Counted from the first letter of the stretch, positions 8,642 through 19,059 are shown. The stretch is DNA of 64,000 nt from Christensenellaceae bacterium (GCA_045586885.1 JAZNBE010000016.1:12757-76756); one strand, 5' to 3'. The notes: a model not told the origin generated them from the sequence alone. A program made the numbers and translations.

Positions 8642-10498
8642 ATGATGGAAAACAAGAAGAATAACGCAACCGAAAAGGTTGAAAATATAACAAACGAAAC
8701 TTCTAAAGAAACAAAAACCGAGAAGAGTTCAAAGCCTACAAGTTCTAATAAATCCGCTCAAAAAAAGGCGGAAGATGCTAGAACTAAAAAAGCCGTTCAA
8801 AAAAAGAACGAAAAAAAGGCTAAGCAAACGGCAAAAAGCCAAAAAAAGAGCGAGCGCCAAAAAAATAAGGAACTCAAAAGAGAACTTAATAGAAAGAAGC
8901 GTGAAGATTGGAAAAAAGAGCGCTTAAGAAGAAAGGAAGAGCGTCTTGCTCGCCGTGATATGTTAAAAAAGGAAACGAAAGCTGAAAAGCAAAAACGAAT
9001 TCAAGCCGAAAAGCAGGCAAAATTAAAAGAACGCCTCGCAAAAAGAGAACAAAAAATTAAAAGGCTTGAAGAAAAAAATGCAATCCGTCGCCAAAAACTT
9101 GCCGATAAGAGAATTGAAAGAGAGCAAAAAATGCGCGATAGAAGAGAGCATAAAAAAGAGCGTTCAAGAAAAGGGCTTGGCGGTTGGATTACCGCAGTTT
9201 CAGTTCTTGGCGCGTCAACTTTAGCCCTAGCAACGCTTTTCACTCTTTCTATGACTACGCCACTTGGTTCTAATAACGATATGAATATCGTAGGCGGAGT
9301 TGACGAGGCTTTTTACGAATTCGTTGATATGGTAAACGATATGGACGTAAATTTATCTAAACTCGTAGTATCAACCGATGAAAAATCGCAACAAAAAATC
9401 TTGAGCGAACTCGTTGTTTCATCAACATTAGCGGAAAGCGCCGTATCAAGATTACCGCTAAAAGACGAGAGCCGTTTTTACACTATGAAATACGTAAACC
9501 AAGTGGGCGACTTCTCAAAATACCTTAATAACAAACTTATAGACGGGGATTTATTAGATAAAGAAGATAAGAAAAACGTTTCGGCTTTATATGAAATTAC
9601 TAATAATTTAAAGAACGAAATTAACAAGGCTGTCGATGGTATGGGTGAAGATTTTGATTTTATGACCATGCTTGACGAGAATAGTGATAACGTCGTGCTT
9701 AAGGCTTTTAATAATTTAGAATCTAACGCGATTGATTATCCTACCTTAATTTACGACGGACCTTTTAGCGATGGGCTTGAAACTAAAAAGCCGAAGAACT
9801 TAAACGGTAAAGAAATAAATTTGGTTGAAGCAAGAGAAGTTTTTGAAAAGGCTTTTCAAGGTTATAACGTAAAGGAAGTAGAAGACCTTGGCGAGTTAAA
9901 CTCTAAGATTGAAACTTATAACTTTGAGGCTCAATCAAACGGAACGGTTCTATTTGCCGAAATTTCAAAAAAAGGTGGAGAAGTTATCAGTTTTAACACC
10001 TTCGCCGATTGTTTTAACAAAAACTACTCTTTAGACGATTGCATTGAAATAGGCTATGAACTTATTGAGAGTTTTGGAATTTCAGGTATGACTGCCGTTT
10101 GGGCAACCGAAAGCGGAGCAACGGCGTTTATAAATTACGCTTACGAAACTCAAGACGCTATTTGTTATCCTGATATGATTAAAGTTGCCGTTTGTATGGA
10201 AAGGGGATTAGTTTCTAATTACGATGCTAGAGAATACTATCTAAACCACCAAACTAGAAAAGTTGAAAAACCAAAACTATCTAGCGAAGAGGCAATCAAA
10301 AAGGTTAATAAAGACTTAAAAGTTGATACCGTTCGTTTAGCAATCGTGCCAAAGAGTTCGGAAAAAGAAGTTTTAGCATATGAAATTTCTGGCGTTTATA
10401 ATGATAATTTATATTACGTTTATATTGATGCTTTAACTGGTAGGGAAGTTAGCGTTTTCAAGGTAGTTGAAAACACTGAAGGCAAACTTTTAGTTTAA
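8642..10498 (+). CDS. ypeB: germination protein YpeB-like with ~175-aa Lys/Glu/Arg-rich N-terminal extension
   Basis: Immediately downstream of sleB; single TM (WITAVSVLGASTLALATLFTL); IYDGPFSD motif; PepSY-like C-terminal repeats. Confidence 0.8.
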   Translation: MMENKKNNATEKVENITNETSKETKTEKSSKPTSSNKSAQKKAEDARTKKAVQKKNEKKAKQTAKSQKKSERQKNKELKRELNRKKREDWKKERLRRKEERLARRDMLKKETKAEKQKRIQAEKQAKLKERLAKREQKIKRLEEKNAIRRQKLADKRIEREQKMRDRREHKKERSRKGLGGWITAVSVLGASTLALATLFTLSMTTPLGSNNDMNIVGGVDEAFYEFVDMVNDMDVNLSKLVVSTDEKSQQKILSELVVSSTLAESAVSRLPLKDESRFYTMKYVNQVGDFSKYLNNKLIDGDLLDKEDKKNVSALYEITNNLKNEINKAVDGMGEDFDFMTMLDENSDNVVLKAFNNLESNAIDYPTLIYDGPFSDGLETKKPKNLNGKEINLVEAREVFEKAFQGYNVKEVEDLGELNSKIETYNFEAQSNGTVLFAEISKKGGEVISFNTFADCFNKNYSLDDCIEIGYELIESFGISGMTAVWATESGATAFINYAYETQDAICYPDMIKVAVCMERGLVSNYDAREYYLNHQTRKVEKPKLSSEEAIKKVNKDLKVDTVRLAIVPKSSEKEVLAYEISGVYNDNLYYVYIDALTGREVSVFKVVENTEGKLLV

Positions 10499-10512
10499 TT
10501 AAAAAACTTAAA

Positions 10513-10544
10513 ACCCCACGATAATCGACTTATCGTGGGGTTTT
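10513..10544. terminator. bidirectional terminator between convergent genes
   Basis: CCCCACGATAA-TCGAC-TTATCGTGGGG perfect 11-bp stem, A-run before and T-run after. Confidence 0.85.
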
Positions 10545-10561
10545 TATAGTTTGATTTAGTT

Positions 10562-11041
10562 TTATTTATAATAAGTAACGTTGCAAGCAATTTCGTAAGA
10601 ATCGTAAGTTTCTAAGGTGTTAGGGTCTGGTTGATATCTAAAAACGTAAGTCTTGTTCTTAATATCTTTAATTATTTTTACGGAAGATTCGTTAAAATTA
10701 CCATCAGCATTTTGAGTAGTGCGTTGAATAATATTATCAGTTCCTTCTTCATATAAAGTTACGGTAACTCTAATTTCTTCATATTGCTTTTTGCATTTTA
10801 CCGTTACGATAACGTCGCCGGGGTTACACATTTCGCCGTAAAGCTCAGTGTGGCGAGAAAGTTGCTCGTAAGAAATTTCAGGCGGATTTTTGAAAACGGC
10901 AGTCCAGTTATTAGCAGCCGCCGCGCCGTTTTTAGAAATTTTAATTCCTATTGGTAAAATAATTGCAAATGCTAAAACGACTATTAGCGCAACGATTATT
11001 AGCGCAAGCATACCGTTTGATAAACGTTTAAACCAATTCAT
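10562..11041 (-). CDS. hypothetical membrane-anchored protein
   Basis: AAAGGAG RBS before ATG at 11041 (MNWFKRL..); one N-terminal TM helix. Confidence 0.65.
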   Translation of the reverse strand: MNWFKRLSNGMLALIIVALIVVLAFAIILPIGIKISKNGAAAANNWTAVFKNPPEISYEQLSRHTELYGEMCNPGDVIVTVKCKKQYEEIRVTVTLYEEGTDNIIQRTTQNADGNFNESSVKIIKDIKNKTYVFRYQPDPNTLETYDSYEIACNVTYYK

Positions 11042-11178
11042 TATTTTCTCCTTTATAACCAAAAAACTTTATAACCATATAATAATATACACCTAAAAAG
11101 AAAAAATGTCAACTAAATTAAGAAAAAGCAATAATTTTTAAAAAAAGGTCAAAATTTAGTATATTTCCTAATTAAATA

Positions 11179-11206
11179 TTGACAAATTTTCTATAAATGA
11201 TAAAAT
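11179..11206 (+). promoter_or_regulatory. sigma-A-type promoter
   Basis: TTGACA-16 nt-TAAAAT preceded by TG. Confidence 0.5.
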
Positions 11207-11239
11207 ATTTTTATAAAATAAATTGCGCTTGGGGGAAAA

Positions 11240-11863
11240 ATGGCAAAGAGCGTTTATAGCATGCTACTTAGCGATGAAGTTATTGAAAAGGTTGACGCCA
11301 TCGCCTTAAAAAACGGCTTATCACGTTCACAGGTCGTTAATAATTGCCTTGCAGATTATCTTGGCGTAAAGCTCACGAAAAGTATAATTGACGAACTTAT
11401 TGCAAGTTTAACAAACGCAATTTGCGACCATAACCGAATGAGAATTGCCCGCAGGCAAACTTATGCCGTTGATTATTATAGCGCGGTAAATTATAAATAT
11501 AGCCCACGCGTTACCTATTCCGTTGATTTTATTGAATCGGGGCAAGCAGGCGAATTAAAAATAAGCCTTCGTTCAACAAGTCAAGAACTTGCGCAAATTT
11601 TCTCAAATTTCTTTAACGATTTTATTTCCGTTGAGAAAAGTGTTAATCCTAACGTTTCTTTTTATATTGAAGACGGAAAGTTAATAAGGCGGTTAGATTT
11701 TTCTAAAATCTCTTCTTTAGAAGAGTTGTCTTTTGCAATTACCGAATACGTTAAGATTTTAGATATGTTGCTTAATAAATACGTTTACGAGTTTTCTTCA
11801 GGGCTTCAAAGCGAGAGTTTAGAAAGAAGTTATTTTGGGTTAAAAGATAGAATAAAAATATAA
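11240..11863 (+). CDS. hypothetical protein with ribbon-helix-helix-like N-terminus
   Basis: GGGGGA RBS; N-terminus SVYSMLLSDEVIEKVDAIALKNGLSRSQVVNNCLADYLG resembles the CopG/RHH fold. Confidence 0.6.
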   Translation: MAKSVYSMLLSDEVIEKVDAIALKNGLSRSQVVNNCLADYLGVKLTKSIIDELIASLTNAICDHNRMRIARRQTYAVDYYSAVNYKYSPRVTYSVDFIESGQAGELKISLRSTSQELAQIFSNFFNDFISVEKSVNPNVSFYIEDGKLIRRLDFSKISSLEELSFAITEYVKILDMLLNKYVYEFSSGLQSESLERSYFGLKDRIKI

Positions 11864-11905
11864 AAAGCGTGGTTTTTACCACGCTTAATTTTTTATAAAA
11901 ACGCT

Positions 11906-11930
11906 TAATAACAGGCTTATAGCCCTACTT
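11906..11930 (+). repeat. REP-like intergenic motif copy
   Basis: TAATAACAGGCTTATAGCCCTACTT, abuts the stop of the HK gene. Confidence 0.8.
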
Positions 11931-12972
11931 ATTCTAAAGGAATAGTAACTTTTACGCTCGTTCCTTTATTAATAGCAGAAGAGATTTCTAACTCCAAATT
12001 ACAGTTTTCTACAATTTTATCAACAATTGCAAGCCCAAGACCCAGTCCGTCTTTTTTTCTATCGGTGTTGCCTTGATAAAACTTTTCTTTAACTTTTGAT
12101 AGAGTTTCTTCATCCATACCGATTCCGTTATCGCCAATGGTAACGACTGCTCTATTTTGAATTTTTTCAATAGATATAGTAATTTTTCCGTTTTCGTTTG
12201 AATATTTTACGGCGTTAGATATAAGGTTTACCCAAACTTCTTTAAGTAGGTCAAAGTTTGCTTTTACGGTTACTGGCGTTTTCGTATAGTCAAGGTCGAT
12301 TGATTTAGCCGTCATTTGCGAATCAAAAAGCAAAATGCATTGTTCAATTTGGTCGTCAAGAGAAAAAATCGTTTTATCGGTAACAATGTTTTGGCTATCT
12401 AGTTTAGATAAAAGTAGAGTTCTTTCCGCTAGCGTTGATAGGTGCTTACTTTCATCGATAACAATTTTAAGATATTCTTTTTGTTCTAAAGTGAGGTTAT
12501 CGGCTTGATATAAAATTTCAGCATAGCCTCGAATAGAAGTTATCGGCGTTTTAAATTCGTGCGAAAAGGTTGAAATAAAATCTTGGCGCAAAATTGAAAC
12601 GGAATTTAAGTCGCTTACCATTTTATTAAAGCCGTCTATTATAGTTGCTATTTCAGATTCGTTATCTAACTTTTCGAGTCTAACCGAGAAATCACCTTCG
12701 GCAACCTTTTTCATACATCTAGTAAAATCTTTAGTCACATGCGACGCTCTAGACGTTAAAAGATAGGTAAAAAAACTGCCTAGAATTATTGTCAAAATTC
12801 CCACGCAAATTTGCGCTTGCAAAAAGGTTATTCTAGTAAAATTGTTCCAAACGCTATGCAAAATAACGGAAAGCGTTAAAACCAAAATAGAACTTATTAG
12901 CCACGAACAAAAAACTATTGCCGTAGCTCTTAAGGAATAAATGTATTTTTTGAAATTATTATGCTTTTTCAT
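11929..12972 (-). CDS. sensor histidine kinase (two TM, very short external loop, HAMP, HisKA, HATPase_c)
   Basis: H-box FSHEFKTPITSIRGYAE; N/G boxes NLISNAVKYS, GDNGIGM, GLGLGLAIV. Confidence 0.9.
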   Translation of the reverse strand: MKKHNNFKKYIYSLRATAIVFCSWLISSILVLTLSVILHSVWNNFTRITFLQAQICVGILTIILGSFFTYLLTSRASHVTKDFTRCMKKVAEGDFSVRLEKLDNESEIATIIDGFNKMVSDLNSVSILRQDFISTFSHEFKTPITSIRGYAEILYQADNLTLEQKEYLKIVIDESKHLSTLAERTLLLSKLDSQNIVTDKTIFSLDDQIEQCILLFDSQMTAKSIDLDYTKTPVTVKANFDLLKEVWVNLISNAVKYSNENGKITISIEKIQNRAVVTIGDNGIGMDEETLSKVKEKFYQGNTDRKKDGLGLGLAIVDKIVENCNLELEISSAINKGTSVKVTIPLE

Positions 12973-13642
12973 TTCTTACACCTTTATAGCCGATACCGCG
13001 AATAGTGGCAACGTCTATTTCGTCAAAGTCCTTAATTTTCGTGCGGATGCGGTTTATAAAGACTTTGACGGTATCTTCGTCGCTAGGCGAATCGTAACCC
13101 CAAAACTCATCGAAAAGTTGACCTTTGGTAAAAGAAGTTTCAGGGTATGATAAGAGTTTGAAAAGTATAGAAAATTCTCTTTTGGTTAAAGTAACTTCTA
13201 AGCCTTTAGACGACGAAACGGTTAAAGTGTTGTAATCTAGGGTAACGTTTCCTATAACGAGTTTTTTCTCGTTTACAATTTGCGCTCTTTTCAAAAGCGC
13301 TTTTATTCTTAAAAGCAGTTCTTCAAATTCTATAGGCTTAACCATATAATCGTCAACACCTACTAAAAAACCTTGAGTTTTATCTTCCAAACTGCCTTTA
13401 GCCGTAACCATAATAGCCGGCGTGGTGCTACCTAAATCTCTAATTTCTTTCAAAAGTTCAAGTCCGTTTTTATTCGGCATCATTACGTCTATAATCATAA
13501 GGTCAACGTGGTTGTTTAGGAAAACTTCTAAACCTTTAACGCCGTCTTCAGCGCAAAAAACGTTGTAACCACTATTAGTTAAACGTAGTTTCATTAGCCT
13601 TAAAATGTTGATATCATCTTCGCAAAGTAAAATATTAAACAT
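12959..13642 (-). CDS. OmpR-family response regulator
   Basis: Receiver with intact Asp (DLMIIDVMMPNKNG) and winged-helix C-terminus (LTKREFSILFKLL..IRGIGYK); overlaps the HK gene by 14 nt. Confidence 0.92.
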   Translation of the reverse strand: MFNILLCEDDINILRLMKLRLTNSGYNVFCAEDGVKGLEVFLNNHVDLMIIDVMMPNKNGLELLKEIRDLGSTTPAIMVTAKGSLEDKTQGFLVGVDDYMVKPIEFEELLLRIKALLKRAQIVNEKKLVIGNVTLDYNTLTVSSSKGLEVTLTKREFSILFKLLSYPETSFTKGQLFDEFWGYDSPSDEDTVKVFINRIRTKIKDFDEIDVATIRGIGYKGVRNEKA

Positions 13643-13801
13643 AACTTACCGCCTTGTTTATTCGTTTTATTTATTTTAGCATAATTTCAAAGTAAAAAAC
13701 AACAATTCCTAAAAAATTGATATCTTTTATAATTTTATTTACCAAATATTTACGCTTTAGCCTACTTTATAAATAAATGTTGGCAGTTTTTGTATTTAGT
13801 A

Positions 13802-13830
13802 TTGTTTATTTTTTATTTTTGTGATATAAT
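13802..13830 (+). promoter_or_regulatory. promoter with extended -10
   Basis: TTGTTT-17 nt-TGaTATAAT, 35 nt upstream of ATG 13865. Confidence 0.45.
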
Positions 13831-13864
13831 TTAAAAGTCGCAAAAATATGCTAAAGAGGAAATT

Positions 13865-14704
13865 ATGATTTATATTTTATTCAATCCGCTTTCCGATAAC
13901 AAAAAAGGCGAACAAAAAGCCAAAGAAGTTGCTCAAAAATTTCAAGGTAGCGCCTTTGTTGACGTTACGAAAATAAATTACAAAGAATTTGTTTCCGCAA
14001 TTAAAGAAGGCGATGTTATTCACTTAATCGGTGGCGATGGAACGCTAAGTATTTTTGCTAACGCTGTTTACGGCGAAAGTTTACCGTGCGAAGTTTTTTT
14101 TCACCCTGCCGGAACTGGAAACGATTTTATTAACGATAACAAAAAATATTTACTGGAAGACGGTTCTATTAAAATTAACGATTTTATTAAGAATTTGCCA
14201 ACGGTTACCGTCAACGATAATGAATATAAGTTCATAAACGGTATAGGTTTTGGGCTTGACGGCGTTTGTTGCGAAATAGGCGACGAAAAGAAGAAAAAAA
14301 GTTCAAAGCCTATAAATTATACGCTTATTGCGTTAAAACTTTGCCTTTATGCGTTCAAGCCAAGAAACGCAACCGTTACGGTTGACGGCGAAAAACTTGA
14401 GTTTAAAAAGGTGTGGATTGCCCCTACCATGAAAGGTAAATATTTCGGTGGCGGTATGCAGGTTGCTCCTTTCCAAGATAGGTTTTTTGAAGATAAAAAC
14501 GTTACTTTCGTTTGCGTTTCAAAAGCATCAAGATTAACTCTTTTATTTGCTTTTCCTAGCATTTTTAAGGGTAAGCACACAAAATTTAAGTGCGTTAAAA
14601 TGATTAAGGCAAAAGAAGTTGAAGTTGAATTCGACAAGCCTTGCGCTTTGCAAATAGATGGCGAAACTTTTTTAAACGTAAAAAAATATTCGGTGAAAAT
14701 TTAG
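13865..14704 (+). CDS. diacylglycerol/lipid kinase family protein (YegS/DagK-like)
   Basis: GGDGT motif (HLIGGDGTLS); PAGTGNDF. Confidence 0.8.
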   Translation: MIYILFNPLSDNKKGEQKAKEVAQKFQGSAFVDVTKINYKEFVSAIKEGDVIHLIGGDGTLSIFANAVYGESLPCEVFFHPAGTGNDFINDNKKYLLEDGSIKINDFIKNLPTVTVNDNEYKFINGIGFGLDGVCCEIGDEKKKKSSKPINYTLIALKLCLYAFKPRNATVTVDGEKLEFKKVWIAPTMKGKYFGGGMQVAPFQDRFFEDKNVTFVCVSKASRLTLLFAFPSIFKGKHTKFKCVKMIKAKEVEVEFDKPCALQIDGETFLNVKKYSVKI

Positions 14705-14705
14705 T

Positions 14706-15518
14706 ATGTTTTTTTTATTTGTTTGTATTATTTCTTTAATAACTACGGCGTCTTTATACGGCTTTAACGTAATTAATTACGATGGGCGGTTTCTTTTGCC
14801 TATTGCCGTTTATTTGGCGGTTTTTTTTGGTGTTATAATTGTTTATTTTTTAATTCTGTTTTTCCTTTACGCTTTCGTTAATAAGAAAAAGCCTATCAAA
14901 AAACCTAGTTGTTTTCACTATTTCGTTTATAGAACGGCAATAGAATTTATTTGTAACGCGTCAAACGTTTCGGTAAGGGGAAAGGGGCTTGAACTTCTAG
15001 ATAAAAATAAAAACTATCTTTTCGTTTTCAATCACCGCTCTAACTTCGACCCTATAGTAGTTGCTAAAATTCTTAAAAATCATAAACCGCTTATGATTTC
15101 AAAACCGCAAAACTTTAGTAAGTTTATGGTTGGCGGCTGTATTCATAAGTTAGGGTTTATGCCTATTGATAGAGATAACGATAGAGAGGCTTTAAAAACC
15201 ATAATAAAGAGCGTTAATCTAATAAAAGACGGCTATTCCATAGGCGTTTTTCCAGAAGGAACTAGAAACAAATCTGGCGAAGGGCTTTTACCTTTAAAAA
15301 ACGGCGCTTTCAAAATTGCAACTAAAGCCAAAAAACCTATAGCCGTTTTATCAATTTTAGGCACGGAAAAAATTTCTAAAAATTCACCTTTTAGAAGAAC
15401 TAAAGTTTATATTGAAGTAGTTAAAATTATAGAACCTGAAGAATTTAGCGAAACGGCAACATTTAACGTAGGCGAAATCGTTGAGAAAGCCCTTTTAGAT
15501 AATATAAATAAAACTTAA
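14706..15518 (+). CDS. plsC: 1-acyl-sn-glycerol-3-phosphate acyltransferase
   Basis: HX4D motif NHRSNFDP and FPEGTR motif; N-terminal TM helices. Confidence 0.85.
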   Translation: MFFLFVCIISLITTASLYGFNVINYDGRFLLPIAVYLAVFFGVIIVYFLILFFLYAFVNKKKPIKKPSCFHYFVYRTAIEFICNASNVSVRGKGLELLDKNKNYLFVFNHRSNFDPIVVAKILKNHKPLMISKPQNFSKFMVGGCIHKLGFMPIDRDNDREALKTIIKSVNLIKDGYSIGVFPEGTRNKSGEGLLPLKNGAFKIATKAKKPIAVLSILGTEKISKNSPFRRTKVYIEVVKIIEPEEFSETATFNVGEIVEKALLDNINKT

Positions 15519-15536
15519 AGAAAAAAGAGAGATTTT

Positions 15537-15956
15537 ATGAATAAGAAACAATCGTTTTTGCAGTTTTTGAAATTTACGCTTTTTTCCATCTCTGCAGGAA
15601 TAATAGAAATAGGTGTTTTTACTTTACTTAACGAACTTTTAGTAGTTGATTATTGGCCCGCTTACTTAACCGGTTTGATAGCGTCAATCGTTTGGAATTT
15701 TACTTTTAATAGAAAATTCACTTTCAAATCGGCATCCAACGTGCCTATTGCAATGCTTAAAGTTTTTGCTTTCTATATAGTGTTCACGCCCGTTTCAACG
15801 ATCTTAGGCGATATTTGGGAAAGTAGCGGTGGAAACGGATATTTAGTGCTTGGAGTAACGATGGTAGCAAATTTCGTTTTAGAGTTTTTATATTGCAAAT
15901 TTTTCGTTTATAGAAAAGAAGAACTTGCAAGAAAGAACGCTGAGAAAACCGAATAA
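15537..15956 (+). CDS. GtrA-family membrane protein
   Basis: ~140 aa, four TM, FLKFTLFSISAGIIEIGVF.. pattern typical of GtrA-like proteins. Confidence 0.65.
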   Translation: MNKKQSFLQFLKFTLFSISAGIIEIGVFTLLNELLVVDYWPAYLTGLIASIVWNFTFNRKFTFKSASNVPIAMLKVFAFYIVFTPVSTILGDIWESSGGNGYLVLGVTMVANFVLEFLYCKFFVYRKEELARKNAEKTE

Positions 15957-16043
15957 AGTAGCCAAGAATAACAAATCAAAAATTAAAAAACACGCCGATA
16001 ACGAAGTTATAGGCGTGTTTTTTTGCGTTTAGAGTTGAAACTT

Positions 16044-16985
16044 TTATAAATTATCGCAAATTTCAATATATTTTTTAAGGTATGGTTTGGCGTTAGGGTT
16101 ATTCTTTTCAAGGCACTTCAAAACGGTGGGCAAATGTTTTTTAGGGTCGTCGTAAAGCATAGCGTTTAGCGTGAAAATTAAGAACTTTATAGGTTTTAGA
16201 TAGTTCTTGCCAAAAATATTAGCATATTGACTATTCTTAAAATTTTCATCAACTAGGGAAAGTAAAAAATTATCAAGCGAGAAAAGTTTTAAATATGTTT
16301 GGTCGGGAACTTCGGCTTTTTCAAAAACAGGTTTATTTAGCGGACACGCTATTTGGCAATAATTACAACCTAAAATTTTATTTTTCAAAAGTTTAATAAT
16401 TTTTTCATCGCCAAGAGTTGGGATTTTGCTTTGTAAATCTCTAAGGCAATTTTCACGAATAAATCCGTTTCCGTTTAGCGCGTTATTAGGGCAAGCCTTA
16501 ACGCATAAATTGCAAGTTTCGCAGTGGCTATGAAGGCTGATTTTAGGCTCGGTGTTAAGCGAAAAATCGCCGAATTTATCTATTACTTCAAAGCAAAAAA
16601 ACGAGCCGAAAGGGTTTATGAAAAGCAGTGAATTTTTTAGTTGGCTACTAAAACCTAGCGTTAAAAGTAAAGTTTTATACGAACCGTTATAAAGTTTTGC
16701 GTTTTTGAAAACATTTTTAACTTCTTCAAGCGCTTGAGCCGTTTTTTCGTAAAGAGTTTGGTGCGCGCCGTAATAATTTCCTACCGACGCTATAGAATAA
16801 TCGTTTACTATAATAGGTCTATATGCCTTGAAAATTATTAAAAGTTTTTCGTTTTCATAGGCAAAAAAACTATCGTAATCACAAAACTCTTTACAAGATA
16901 ATGAAATTATCGGTAAAACGTCTTTTAACTTTAGTTTTTCATATTGAGTTTTTGATAAAAAACCTTCCATAGCCGTATTATACAA
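16044..16985 (-). CDS. epoxyqueuosine reductase-like 4Fe-4S protein
   Basis: CETCNLCVKACPNNA and GCNYCQIACPLNKP cluster motifs spaced as in QueG. Confidence 0.55.
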   Translation of the reverse strand: MYNTAMEGFLSKTQYEKLKLKDVLPIISLSCKEFCDYDSFFAYENEKLLIIFKAYRPIIVNDYSIASVGNYYGAHQTLYEKTAQALEEVKNVFKNAKLYNGSYKTLLLTLGFSSQLKNSLLFINPFGSFFCFEVIDKFGDFSLNTEPKISLHSHCETCNLCVKACPNNALNGNGFIRENCLRDLQSKIPTLGDEKIIKLLKNKILGCNYCQIACPLNKPVFEKAEVPDQTYLKLFSLDNFLLSLVDENFKNSQYANIFGKNYLKPIKFLIFTLNAMLYDDPKKHLPTVLKCLEKNNPNAKPYLKKYIEICDNL

Positions 16986-17115
16986 TAATTTAATAAAAAA
17001 GAAAAGTGTTTTTTAACGAACCGAAAATTCAAAAGATAAGAAAAAGCCGTGTTTTTCTTTACTTTACAAAACCCTGCGTTTGTGCTAGAATTATAAAAAA
17101 CCTTAAGGAGTTATT

Positions 17116-19041
17116 ATGCCGTTTTTACCTATTACTTACAAAGATATGCAAGAGCGCGGTTGGTCGCAACCAGATTTTATCTTGGTAACTGGCGATGCTT
17201 ACGTCGACCACCCTAGTTTTGGCACGGCTATAATTTCTAGGCTTTTAGAGGCTGAGGGCTTTAAGGTTTGCATAATTTCTCAACCGCAAAAGGATAGCGA
17301 TTATTTAGAGTTCGGCGCGCCAAAACTTGGCTTTTTAGTTAATAGCGGGAACTTAGACTGTATGGTAAACGCCTATACTAGCGCGAAAAAGCCACGCTCT
17401 GACGACGCTTATTCACCGGGCGGAAAGTCAGGGTTTAGGCCAGATCGCGCGCTTATAGTTTACTGTAACGCAATAAGAAGGCTTTTTGGCGAAGAAGTTT
17501 TTATAGCAATAGGTGGCTTAGAGGCGTCTTTGCGCCGTTTTGCGCATTACGATTATTGGAGCGATTCGGTTATGCCGTCTATCTTGGTTGATACTAAGGC
17601 AGATATTTTAGCCTACGGTATGGGCGAGCATCAAATGGTTGAAATTGCTAAAAGGCTAAAAAACGGCGAGAAAAAGCAAGCGCTTAACGATATTTTAGGC
17701 ACTTGCTATCTTGTAAAGACGACCGATTACGAGTATCGCTCTTGCGCGGAGTGCCCTTCGTTTGAACTTGTTTCTAAAAACGATGAGAGCGGAAAAAAGC
17801 AATACGCAATATCGGCTAAAATTCAACACCGAGAAGCCGACTCCGTGCGCGGAAAAACCGTTATTCAACGGCATTTTGATAAGATTTTAGTTCAACTTCC
17901 GCCTGCTAAAATTTTAACTACGGAAGAGTTAGATAGGGTTTACGATTTGCCGTATGAAAGAACCTATCACCCAGTTTACGAAAAGTTTGGCGGAGTTCCG
18001 GCGATTGAAGAAGTTAAGTTTTCAATAACTCACGTAAGGGGTTGTTTCGGCGCGTGCAATTTCTGTTCGCTTGCTTATCATCAAGGCAGGATGATTGCCG
18101 TTCGAAGTAAAGAATCAATTATAAAAGAAGCAAAAAAACTTATCGCTATGCCTGATTTTAAGGGCTATATTCACGACGTTGGCGGACCTACCGCTAACTT
18201 TAGGCATTTATCTTGCGAAAAGCAAAAAACGTTAGGGCTTTGCGCCGATAAAAAGTGCTTAGCGCCAAAGGCTTGCCCTAACCTTTACGTTTCTCACCAA
18301 GAATATTTAGATATTTTGCGTGAAATTAGGGCGCTTAAGGGCGTAAAAAAGGTGTTCGTTCGCTCTGGTATTCGCTTTGATTATATTATGCAAGATAAGT
18401 CTTTAGAGTTTTTCGAAGAACTGGTAAAACATCACGTTAGCGGTCAGTTAAAGGTTGCGCCTGAGCATTGTTCTAACCAAGTTTTAGGTTATATGGGTAA
18501 GCCTAATTTCGAAGTGTATTTGAAGTTTAAGAATAAGTTTTACGAACTTACGAAAAAGGTTGGCTTAAAACAGTATTTAGTGCCGTATTTAATGTCTTCT
18601 CATCCGGGTAGCACGTCTAAAGACGCTATTGAACTTGCGCTTTTTCTAAAGAAAGAAAATCTTCATCCACAGCAGGTGCAAGATTTTTACCCAACGCCCG
18701 GAACGCTTGCAACGGCTATGTATTATACGGGTTTAAATCCGCTTGATATGAAACCTGTTTACGTTGCAAAAACGGCGGAAGAGAAAAGAGAACAAAGGGT
18801 TTTATTGCAGTTTTTCAAAAAAGAAAACCAAAAAGAAGTTTATAAAATTTTGATAAAACTTGGGCGTAGAGATTTAATAGGTTCGTCTTGTGATTGCCTT
18901 ATCGACGTTCCAAAAGATATTAAAGAAAATAAGAGCGCAAGCGGAAAAGCAAATACTACTAAAAACAGTAACAAAAAATTTACTCAAAAAACACAAAAAA
19001 ACACTTTTAAAACTGGCAAAAAAACAGGTAAAAAATATTAA
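17116..19041 (+). CDS. YgiQ-family radical SAM protein (UPF0313) with Lys-rich tail
   Basis: N-terminus FLPITYKDMQERGW..PDFILVTGDAYVDHPSFG is characteristic; CxxxCxxC (CFGACNFC). Confidence 0.88.
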   Translation: MPFLPITYKDMQERGWSQPDFILVTGDAYVDHPSFGTAIISRLLEAEGFKVCIISQPQKDSDYLEFGAPKLGFLVNSGNLDCMVNAYTSAKKPRSDDAYSPGGKSGFRPDRALIVYCNAIRRLFGEEVFIAIGGLEASLRRFAHYDYWSDSVMPSILVDTKADILAYGMGEHQMVEIAKRLKNGEKKQALNDILGTCYLVKTTDYEYRSCAECPSFELVSKNDESGKKQYAISAKIQHREADSVRGKTVIQRHFDKILVQLPPAKILTTEELDRVYDLPYERTYHPVYEKFGGVPAIEEVKFSITHVRGCFGACNFCSLAYHQGRMIAVRSKESIIKEAKKLIAMPDFKGYIHDVGGPTANFRHLSCEKQKTLGLCADKKCLAPKACPNLYVSHQEYLDILREIRALKGVKKVFVRSGIRFDYIMQDKSLEFFEELVKHHVSGQLKVAPEHCSNQVLGYMGKPNFEVYLKFKNKFYELTKKVGLKQYLVPYLMSSHPGSTSKDAIELALFLKKENLHPQQVQDFYPTPGTLATAMYYTGLNPLDMKPVYVAKTAEEKREQRVLLQFFKKENQKEVYKILIKLGRRDLIGSSCDCLIDVPKDIKENKSASGKANTTKNSNKKFTQKTQKNTFKTGKKTGKKY

Positions 19042-19059
19042 AAAGTTTTTTGTCTAGCG

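Noticed and set aside
11929-13642. Intramembrane-sensing type histidine kinase/response regulator as part of a Bce-like detoxification module
   Set aside because: The short external loop fits that class, but no ABC transporter genes are adjacent, so no module can be supported from this window.
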